In this document: positions 9,201 to 21,200 of the stretch, piece by piece
Layout of the letters: each line of letters starts with the position of its first letter
Numbering within the stretch: the stretch's first letter is position 1
NCBI GenBank assembly: GCA_014382125.1
Contig: JACNKI010000130.1
Span: forward strand, 1 to 40,000
Length of the DNA stretch: 40,000 nucleotides
Reading direction: 5' to 3'
From: Bacteroidota bacterium
GTDB lineage: Bacteria; Bacteroidota; Bacteroidia; Bacteroidales; FEN-979
The notes under the pieces: model-generated
Told to the model about the DNA's origin: nothing
The model's input: the letters and a program-made list of their open reading frames with translations, nothing else
The model's database searches: none
Made by a program: the position numbers and the translations under genes

Positions 9201-12200
9201 TTTTCGCAAGGCGTTCTGCGGATGTCCTGTCCCGTTTACAGGGAGAGCTTAAAGCCGACTACGATAAAAGCAAAGCTGATCTGACGGGGATGAATATTGA
9301 CCTGGAAATGAATTATGATATGATTTCCGGTATTATAGCATCAGCAGAAAAAATGGACAGGTCAGCACCAATAGAAGATTTCAGCCAGTTTGCCGAAGGG
9401 GAAAGGTTAAAAAGATTGGTAAAAGCTTTTAACCAAATGTTTAATGAAGCGATCATCAGGACACCTGACGGAGTGTTTACAATAGGTGATCTTTATTCAA
9501 AACATAAAATATTCGCTGACGAAAAGAATGAACAGGATGTTGATAATCCGGATACTGTTTTGAAAGATATCAATGTCATGTTGCAATATCTTGAACGTCT
9601 TGAAAGATGGGTTGATGTCAATTATCCGTTATTTCAGCAGAAAGTGGAAAGAAATGATGACACCTATGAGCATAGTCCTATTGTCCATACTCCGAATCAA
9701 AGGTTAATGGAAGGTGATCGTGAGGCTATCCTTGAATCATTCAAGACCATAAAGAATACATTAAATAAGGTTCAGCGTGCTGCACAAAACGCCCAGGCAT
9801 CGATGGATAAGGAAAACTTCCGCCAGAGGATCCAACAGACGGATCTGAAGATCGGGATCCTGAATGATATTCATCAGTTTAATATTCCCCATGAGACTGA
9901 TAAAGATACACCGTCACTAAATGAACTTGATGGAATATTAAGTGCTATCTGGGCGAAATTAGAAGAGGCTGGCTATAAAGGTGACGACAGGAAATTTCTT
10001 GAAGGATTATGGAGGGATTTCGTTGATGGGAAAGTTGATGTGCAACAAGTCCAGAATCTAATGAATGAGATCGACGCACTTGTTGTTGAAGCGATTGATT
10101 CATTGTCCGGAAAGCTGGATTGGCTGGTAAAAGATATTGGCGTTATGATTGGTCTTCTTACCGAGCAAAACCTGAAAGAGAAAGGCGTTATAAATTATAC
10201 CTATTCTGTGCTGAATGACTTCAATGACAATGTTGCATTAAAACCGGCTACCGAATCTGTTCGTATCGAAGGTGGTTCAACCAGACACGGCTATGAAAGC
10301 GGAAGGATATCTTTTCAACAAGGCGGATCGCAGGGAAACTATTCAGATGAATACCTCTTTCACCTTGCCACCAACGTCCACCGTTGGAATGAATACGGAA
10401 GAAACAGGAAACCAAAATACTCTTCGATCTATATTGCTATCAAAGACTATATCGCAGAGAAAGAAGAGATGTTCAAAAACGGCAAGCGTACCTTTGCCCC
10501 TACCATCGACCAGGAGAACGTATTGCTTCATGCAATAGGATTCTATTTCAGTCCGGCAAACCCGCTTGTCACGGGCGGTACGTCAGTGATCGGAGAGAAC
10601 ATCCAGAAGATACTCAATTCTATCCTTGTAAGGGGATATGGTGGAACAGGCAAGTCAACGCAACTATTTACGGACATGATAGGCGTTTTGTCTAACCTGA
10701 TGAAGCGTCCGTTGAAAATCGGTGTTGTAGTGTCTACGTATGACCTTGCCAACGGGTATCTTAAGCAGAAAGAAATTGCAAACGATAAGCTTGAGAATGG
10801 TGAGTTTGATATCATATACACCGATGAGATGCTCGACAAAGACCTCAATAACCAATATGATTTATTATGGGTGGATGAGGTTTCCCTTCATGGCGAACAA
10901 CAGACTATTGACCTTGGCGAAAAGCTCAACACGATAAATACGGCCACGCAACTTCCCGTATTCTTTGTCGGTGATGATACCCAGGTGGTAAAGCAAGAGG
11001 CAAAAGGAGATTATGATGCGTTATGGTATAACTATTCCAGCGAGAGGACATCCCCGTTGAATATTGTTCACCGTACCGGGAAAAAAGTCTTTCATGCATT
11101 CCAGAACAAATTAAGAAGCCAGAAGTCTTCCACATCGAATGCCAAAATAGAGATTGATAACTATGGATATTCTGTCGATGAAGATGGCGGCAAGCATGGC
11201 GTTGAGTCATTCCTTACAATAAATGACGTTCTTGATTCATTCCTTTTGAGGATAACAAACGACAACCAGGAGATAGATCCCGGCATCGGGCCTGAAGAAG
11301 TTGTCCTGATTGTCCGTGACCAGGAAGCAGAGTTGATGTTCAGGGAGTATTTCATCTCAAAAGGTTATGAGATACCTCAACGCCTGATCAAACATCTCTA
11401 TCCGCAGGGAATAAAACAGGATCGGGAAAAGCTCGTATCCGGATTGTCGGCAGAGAATGTGTTCTTCGCATACAACTTTGACAGTGCCACATCCGATTTT
11501 GAATACCAGACCAACCTGTTTAAGATCCGCAATATCCTTACCGGAACCACACGCCAGGTAGAGTACGTGGCTATCGTCCATGATACCGTACAGGATAAGG
11601 TGGATCATATAGGAGAGTATAAATACAACAGGGAGAACGTACAGGGTTTCTTTAAAGACTTCCGTGAACGGCTGGATGCCGTATTAAGTAAATTCAAAGA
11701 GGATGGCGGAGTCGTTACCCCGCCAACACCACCGGGAACGGAAAAGCACGCTAACACTTATGAGGCTGCTGATCCCGAAGATGTCCGTTCCGAGACAAAG
11801 AAACAAAACACCAGGCTCAAGCGTCAGCAGATAAGCGAATCGTTTACGCATATCTCCGATCTGATCAACGAGAAGCTGAAGATCGGTGCTGATCCGGGAG
11901 CCAAGGCAAGGGGATTGTTCTATCACAACCTGATGAAGTATCATCTCAACCCGAGTGAACCTCTCTTTGATGAGCTTGTTAAAAATGCACAGGCCATGGT
12001 TGGTGATGATAAGATCAACGAACCGGAAGCCTTTGTCCGTTCTTTTCTCAATGCCATTGAATTAAGGGATGATGTACGTGAATTCCTTCATGATATAAAT
12101 ACGGTTATCTCCCCTGTCATTAAGACTGAAAAAGGAAACAACAAGGTACAGGCAAATCCGTTCGCTATCAAGTTCGTGGGATATACCAAAAAAGAGGGGG

Positions 12201-15200
12201 AGATAGTCCCTATCGTGGATATCCTTCACCTTAACCACTCGAAGGCAAAAGAGTCCCAGGCATTAGACAACAAGCCGATGTTACAGGCACAACTCGGTGC
12301 TTATATGGCCATGGTCAATGATATGGGCATGCTCGTCAACAACGTGCATTTACACACATTCCGTTTTGAAACGAAGAAAGAAACCGGAGAAGGGATCCCT
12401 GTCCAATACCGGTTCAGTCCACTGAAAACGCTTACATCGAAAGAGAAGCTTGAAGCGTTAAAGTCGGCCAGCCAGGTATCGTTCATTTCCGATCTCGGTA
12501 TCACCGAACCGCAGACACCTACCGAAGAGGAGTATTTTGAAGTCGAACGTGTTGCCGATGACAGTTTAAAAGGAATGAAGTTCTCCGATCCAAGGGTTTC
12601 CATTGAACCTGATAAATATTTCGTTGACGATTCCAATATTCCGTCCGTTATCACGAAGATCACAAAGAAGACCGAAGGAAAAGAGGTCACGACATATGTT
12701 CACCTGATGCAAAACCGGGTTGAGCAAAAGATGACATTACCGGACTTTCTTGCACACGGGTTTAACTTCATGGACATCGAATATTTTGAGTATATGTTCA
12801 TCGAATCGGCATTGAAATTCTCCGATGCAGAGAACAGAAGACTTATCTCTTTCACACCACATTTCCCTGCATTGTCTGCTGATATTGCAGATGTATATAA
12901 TATCTCTTTTAAAGAGTTCGCCAATGACATATCATTCTGGAACCAGGATGAGAATAAGTTGCTCAAAGCGAGAAGCCTTGTGACTGAAAGGTTTATCAAC
13001 TCGAAACAGACGAGGGTTGTAAAAAGGTATCTGCCCAGTGTGAACCTCATGGACATCGCCAAAGACGGAACCATCAAAAGCAAATCGAGGAAATTCGATC
13101 ACGTTATGGTCAATGCCATCAGTGAGGATTCAATAAAAGAATTTTTCGATAAGCCGTTTTTAGAAGAACTGTCAAAGATATTCAGTTACGAGTTAACGAT
13201 AAAGGACATCAGGACTCTCGGGTTGAATGTGTTGAGCAATGATTCCCAAGTCGAATATGACTTCAAGGATGCCTCTTTTACTGCTGTCGGACTGTTTGAC
13301 AGGTCAAAACAGCGTAAGATGGCGGAAGAGTACCTTAACCTGGCGGAAGGGCAGACGACAAACGGGTTAAGCGACGAGGCGTTTTTGGATAAAATCTTTG
13401 AAAACGCATTTCTCTCGGAGATAAATCGTGATAAGGCGAAGTCAACAGAAACCAGCCAGCGTAATTGGAGAGAGTTCCTTGTGGAGATGAACAAGCACCG
13501 GTTGCGTACCATGCGAGATGCCAAGATGAGGGGAGATTTAGATACAGAGCTTGTAGAGGCTTCAAGCGGAAGAATGGTACGTGATGGTAAACGGACGACA
13601 AAAACCCTCACAGAGCTTCTTAATATGGCAAAACCGCATGGTTTTACCGTTGACACCACAGCCGTTGAGATATCCGATATCGGGATTGAGAGAAAACGGT
13701 TTGCCGTATCATTTAATCGTGGTTCTGCCGAACCAACGGTAGTCTATTTTGACGGTAAAAAGATCCATGGCGGGGAGAACGATCAGGAGTGGAATGATTA
13801 CAAGCAACAGGTCAAAGATGAATTTGATAATTTAAAAAACATTATCGATGACAAGAACCTTTCATTGAGGCAAAAAAAGATTAAGCTGGAAAACTCCACA
13901 GGATTTCAGTTGATCATGGCAAACAAATCATTTTTCACGGAAAAGGATGAAGAGGGTGGGCTGACAACGAAAGATACGTTCTCTCCTTATATGTATGTCA
14001 ATAAAAAGAATTACCTGAATATCATTTACCGGGGAGATGAGGATACACGGATTAGCCATTATCTCGACCAGATAAAATTCATATTTGATGAATTCGTTGT
14101 AAAAGCGGTACAGGGAGAAACCGGTGGTGATATGTATTACAATCCGTATATCGACTCGAAAACCGTTGACTTCAGCAAGATCGAGGCTGAAGGGATAGAT
14201 TTCTCCAATGTATCGTTATGGTTTTCACCGTCTGATTTCAGGGGGGATGAAGAGGCCGTAAGGACGATCAAGCATGTGGGTACTCCCCTTGGTGACGGGA
14301 CTGAATTTATCCCGTTCTCAAGCGAGATGTCATACACTCCGTTGAGTTTTAGCTTGATAGACGTTGAACAGGCCAAAGGGATCCTTATCGATATTCTCGG
14401 ATCGGAGAACGTAAAGAAACACCTTTACACGAAAAATTTAGATATTAAAAATAACATCCTTCGCAACCAGTATAATAAAAAGGTATTTGGTTTGTTCGAC
14501 AAGGGGATGATCCGTTTTTCAACCTTTGACGGGAAAGTGGAACACCTTACTCCACGCCACGAGGCGATGCACTTTATTACCGGTGTGCTGTTGAGTCCGA
14601 GGGAGAGAGCCAGCCTTCTTAAAGATACAAAGAAGAGGATGGTAAGCGTCAAATACACAAAAGAAGAAGGGGATACCATTTACGAGTATAACCGTGAACA
14701 GGACATAACAGACAGGGATGCTTATGAATATATGGCTGTTATTTTCGAAGACGGATCATATAAGACCACTTTCACTCCGAGAGGGAAAACGCTTCTTCAG
14801 AAATGGCTGCATTTTATCAGGGCCTTTATAGATAAGTACATGAGACATAGAACATCCTTGCTTGGCGTATTATACGCTGCTGACAGGGGGGTATTCGCAA
14901 AAGACAATGCGAGAAACCATGAGGTTGTAAACGATCAGATGTCGAAGGTTGTTGTAAACAAATACAGCAACTCTTCCGCACGGAATATTTCGATATCCAG
15001 GTTCGGCAACGAGACCAACATCAACAGGATCCTTGAAAATGAGGTTATCCCGAAGATATTCAATAACTTCCTTCCAACGGCAAAGACCATGAACCCACGC
15101 ATGGCCGGACGTTCCACATGGGAGGCTATCATCAAAGCTCACAACTACTACCTTAATGCATGGAAGTATTATACTAAAAAGAACGAAGATGGTGAGATCG

Positions 15201-18200
15201 TGAACCCGGTATCATTCACGATGTTGCAGGGTAAAGAAGTGATAGAGGTCGAGGATGTCCCGATGGCGGATGTCACCGTCGAGCAATACCTGGGGGTACA
15301 GCGATATGCCGAACAGAGCAATTCACGCCTTGCTTATACGTTTTTAAAAAGCTATGAAGTGTTTAACCTGGGGAGATACAATCACGGCAAGAGCATGCTT
15401 TATATTTTCGTCCAGAGGGCATTATCGCATTTGAACCTTGAATCCATACTTGCCAATCCAAACCAGGAAGTAGGGAATTTCGCAAACATTATATTCAAAG
15501 ATCCAAGGGAAGAGGGGGCCGATATCAACCCGTTTGATACTATGAACCCGATGCTTACGGCCATGTATTCCGCTATCCCGTTGTACAACCATAGTACAAT
15601 GAAATTCAAGGACAGCAACAATCAGCCGTATGGACATGTCAACCCGAGTCGTCTTCACGCCCTGTTGACATATTCCATGTTCCGCCTGAAATCCGAACAG
15701 ACGAAGTTCAGGACGGATGCATGGATGAATGTCCTTGAAGAGATGCTCAAAGAGATGCCCGACAGCGTTGACAAGAATACGATATTTAGTTTCCTGGTTG
15801 AATTCGGTAACAGGATTGTGGATCCACGGACACAACGGATCAGGTTTACGCATGATTACAATGTGATAGGCCATGTGGATCACCGGAACGATAAAAACAA
15901 AGAAGGCACCGAGAAGCTGATCGGACTCGGGTACATGCAGATAATGAATGATTATTACAAAAAAGGAAGGATACATAAGTTCTTCACCGGTGAGGGAAGT
16001 GTACGCCAGCTTGGATATAAGCTTACGGAAGAGGAATACAGGGATAAGATACGAACATATGAATCACTGATATCCGGATTGAAGTATTATTACCTGACAT
16101 TGTTCAACCGCATGAGTGAAAAGGCTGTTGCCCCGTACAATCTAAGGGATTTCAAGTTACAGCCTGTCACCAACCATGAACGGCTGATGAAGAAGAAAGA
16201 CACCAAATCAGCCGTTATCAACCGGATCAGTTCATATAATGACAGTGGACTGAACAATAAAATCATCAATGCACTTACTGAAGGACATGCGGATCATACG
16301 TATACAGTAACCAAAGACGGTGTATATGATATTGAAGGGACGCTGATGGTCAAGATGCCTCCCCGTAAAACAAAAAAGGATTCCGGCAACGTGAACTTCT
16401 CTTCGATGAAAGAACTGCTTTCGTTTATCGGCATTGACACCGAGATCGATCTGCTTGAAAACATCTATGACCCAAAGAAGGTAAAAGAGGATTTAAGGGT
16501 TCAGCCGGAGAGAACGTATCGTTACCTGGAAGACCATGTTTATGCTTTCATGCTCTCTTTGAAAGTGAACTCATTGATATATCCCGTCATCCAGCAGAAC
16601 GAAGAGAAATTCTTCAATAAAGAGATCAAAGCGAAGGATCTGATAAAATTGTTCGATGAGAAGACCGATGGGATGTATTCGCTTCTGAATAACATCTACA
16701 AGGACTATTACAGCAAGGAGCTTCGTCCGGAAGACCTTTCTAATCTTGATGAAAAGAGCCGTGGTACGCTTATGAACGCACCCACACCGCTTGATTTTTG
16801 GAGAGCAATAGAGTCTATCTCCGAACGTGCCCTGACATTTAATTACCAGTTGAACAACCCGATGTCCATCAATCCGGAAGGAAACCCGTCATACGGATTC
16901 CAGAACGGATCATTTCTGTCTGACCGCCTTCCTATGCCCACCAAAGAAAAACAGAAGTCTTCGGTACTTCTGCGTAAGCTCGTTTTGGATGATGGTGCAT
17001 TCACCGAAGGAAATCCTTTCTATGGCGGGATGACTCCTGATGGAAGAACCCTTTATAATAATCCTATATTATCCGGTAAAATAGAATTTGACCATCTCAA
17101 TTTCATCTCCGGCTTTGAATATGTCGATAGCGGTAGTTTGTTCTGGAAGCTGTCAAAGAAAAATAAGTTCCAGGCAGTGCTGGAATCACTTAAAAAAGCA
17201 TTGCTCGGAGACACGGTATATCAGTATGTTCCCTCTATTATTGATCCATTGGCTGATAAAAGTGCTATGCCGTTCATCCACTGGGGATTCAAAGGTCTTC
17301 GTGGGATGCAGCAGATCGCCAACGTTGAAAAGGGATCATTCAATAATAAGCCTTCATTGAAGTCCGTTGAGGTTAATTATGCTGCCATACTGCCAACTCT
17401 TTATGAGCTAAAGACATATTACGTCAATGTGATGGAACAGAAAAAGGCCAAATGGAATGCCATCACACCGGAGAAATCTGTCCAAAAGACCTCAACAAAA
17501 GGAAGACAAATCTTAAAGGAGCTAAAACGTGGCGGGGAATACATTATCGTAGGCGGAAGGATACACCAGGGCAACGAGATCACCCAGAGAGGAAACCCGT
17601 TGCTGGATTTAACATATGATTCGTTTGATCAGAAGGCATCTAATTATGCCGAATACCTCAAAGATCATGTCACGGATGTCAAAAGGGCGTTCGGAAATCA
17701 CTTCGAATCATTCGGACAGGATCTAAAGGAGTCCGGATATAAGATGTCGAAGGCGGATCTGTATATTTTTGACAAATACCAGATCCAGGGAAAAGACCTT
17801 GGAAGCTGGATTGCGGAAAGAGATAAGATCTATGCGGAGTTCAAAGTCAAGACAGATGAGATACAGGATCGTATCAACAAGGCAAAGAAAGCAAAGAACA
17901 ATGCACTGGTAGACAGGCTCAACCTTGATAAAGAAAAGATCAAGAACCAGCGTGGTGAAGCCGTAAGCAAACCCAACGAGGTTATCAAGCAGTTCCGCAA
18001 AGAGGTTGCGGAAAACAATTATCTCGATGACAAGGGGAACATGAACCCGTTCCTTGAAACCGCTTTTTGGAGCCATTATATCCTTGGGGAATCTCTCGGA
18101 ACGCTAATCCGTGGCTCTTCGTATGAATATGAAGATGTCATAGACTATATCAAGCGTGGTGCAGGGCCTATCGCCCCGGGGAACACGTTCGACATCGACT

Positions 18201-21200
18201 TCCACCGGGACAATAACCTGATGGGAGAAAGCTCACGGGTATATATCACCGAGGACTTGCGTGGCAACAACACTCTGTTTGAACAGCTTCAGAAGAGTGG
18301 TGTCATACGAAAGGATCTGAAGATCACTGACGGAGCATCTATCCTGAACCCGGTATTCCAGCAGATGATGCGGATACAATCGGGGAGTATTATATCTAAT
18401 CTCGGCAACGGGAGCTTTAAGACGATGAACTTTTACACACATCCCGCTACCGGGAAGAAAATATACTTCAAGTTCAACCAGTTTCCTACAAGTGCATCCG
18501 CATTTCAGAATGATCCGTTCTATCACGGCCTGACGAGGTTTATGCTCGGGGATCATCTTTATCACCGGCTGCTTGATAACCTTGGGCGTGGGAAGATGTC
18601 ATGGTATGATGCCATTAACGAGATCATCTATTACCTTGAGGATGAAGGAAAAGAACACCGCCAGGATATGATCGATTACACTGTCTTTGAGAGTGGATCG
18701 AAGTGGGCGATCACCAATATCAACCCGATACGTACAGACGCAAATGGTAACGCTATCTTTAATCCGAAAGACAATAATCCGGATAACACCATTGATGTCA
18801 GCAACCGTACATTGAGGGTACAGGTCATCACCAAACAGGATACCATTGATCCGTATACATCTACTCCCAGGCAGATACTTTATAATATCATAGCCGGTTC
18901 TCATAACATCGAGATCGCTGAAAGCATAAACAGCATCTTTAAAGACTACACGGACAAAGAGAACCGTACCATGGAAAAGGTCGTCAAGAAAGAAACCCAG
19001 ACGAAGTTCATCCGTGGTGCCGTCAAAGACCAGCTTTTCCGTTCGGAAGACCCGATGAAGATGATGGATATGGTGCGTGACCAAAACATCGATCCGTTCG
19101 TTTACAGGGATAAGTCCCACCAGGCTGTAATCAACCGGCTGAACAAGGCTCTCACACCGAGATTGCCTGGTGCTTTCCATGTGCAGGCGTTCTCTATGCC
19201 CAGGATCATCTGGATAGACGGACAGCCGATGCTGAAAGAAGATGTAGATGTCCTTCCTGAAAATTATACAACGGAAAACCTTAAACCCATACAGTACGAA
19301 TATAAAGGGACTCCGATAGAATACTACGAAGACCTTATTGAACATATAAACAGTGATCCTTCAAATGTCGTATACCGTCCCGCCCAGGTCATAGCACCGT
19401 TCAAAGACCGTGAGAAGTTCGGATTATCTGCCGAGACGACACTTCAGCAGGCCATGTCTTACCGCCTTATTGAAACAAATGAAGCGGGAGAAAGTTTCCC
19501 CGGTGAAAAAACAAGCCTTTATGAGCCGACATCGGAGAAGAGAACCGAAGAAGAGCTTGTGAAGCTGTTCATGGAAAATGACATTGATTTTTACAGCGAA
19601 GTAAGCGAAGAGGTAAACCGCAGATACGCTGCATTGAATACCAAGCAACTTACGCAGCTTTCGGGACAGGATTTGGAGATACAGGAAGTCAGCAACATCC
19701 TTACACTGGAAAAGACTTATGTCCCTAAAGTCACCGGTGAGGCGAAGAAGGTGATCATGGCAAAACTCTACGCCAGCTACTTCCGTAATTTCAATGATGC
19801 ACTGGACGTATTCTTTGTAAGGATTCCTACAACGATTGCTTCGATGGGTGCTATGGGGCGTATTGTAGCTTTCGATAACGGAGTGGAGAACACCCTGTAT
19901 ATATCTGCTGAAAAGAACATCCTTGACGGTTCCGATTGGGATGCAGACCAGTTGAACGTGATCTATCGCAGTATCACAGAAAAGGGATATAACACGGATG
20001 CCACATCCAACCGTTTGTTTGAGACCATCAAGAGGTTTTACGATAACCCGTTGAACTATGAATTTATCCTTTCGAGGATTACGGTGGATGAACTCGTTGA
20101 TCTGCGTGATGAATTGTATGAGAACAAAGAGATACGTGAATTCCTTCCGAACAACTTGGGATCGGCTGTACGCATGAGTGATGTAAACACCGATGGAAAG
20201 ATCATGGTGGGCCATTTTGTCAACCTGTCTAACTATTTTTACAAGATGGCTTCGTTACCGCAGAAGATACGCAATGAATTGTTCCCGAACACGATATTTA
20301 CAAATGATGAGAAATTCATGGAGTCAATCCGTGCTATTTCCATCCTTGTCAATGCGGCCACCGATAATGCAAAGCTCGGGGGACTGCTCGGGATGCTGAA
20401 CGTCAACACCCAGACATCACCGCTTATAGCAGGGATCCTGTTCGAAGGCTATAACGAGGCCGATAAGGAAAGGGGATACAAAAACCTTCTTGATAAGATG
20501 GTAAAGATCCTCAATTCGGATCAAGTCCTCAAGGCATCGAACAACTCCCAGAACCATATCACCCAACAGTTCAAAAAGAAGCTGTTCAGGCACCTTCCCA
20601 ATGTAACGAAGAAGAACACTGAAAGGATCGACCAGGAAGATGTATTATTGGCAAACGGACTCTGGGAAGAGGGGATGAAACCTATCGATATCCGTCACCG
20701 CCTTCGCCAGTATACGCATACGGGAGAACAACTTAGAAGGTTCGGTGATGTCGCAACGCTTATCAGTGGGATAAAAGGAAGCCTGTTCGATCTGAACCGT
20801 AAGATAGCCAATGTACAGTATGACATGGGCATCGAACTGACCAACTACCTTTCTCCTATCCTTGCGATGAGGGCAAACAATGAAGATGTAGAGTATGCGG
20901 ATATCAAAGAAGAGTTGCCTGTCCCGGACATGAAAGAGCAAGTGGAGTTCGCAGTCGGACAGCGTGTTGCCAACCTCTATACCGATGAAGACCTTTATGC
21001 CAATGAGGATGTGGAAGAAGATGATGAGATGCTGGCCGATGAGGATGAGGAAACAAAGACAGGGCCGAACCTTATCAACAGGGTGAAGAACCTTGAAGAG
21101 AATGAACGTAAGATCCGTGAGAAGTTCAATATAGCAGAAGTTGTGAAAGAGTTCCCGCACATGATTGCGGAGCTTGAGTCGTTGGTTCGTGTCAAAGAGA

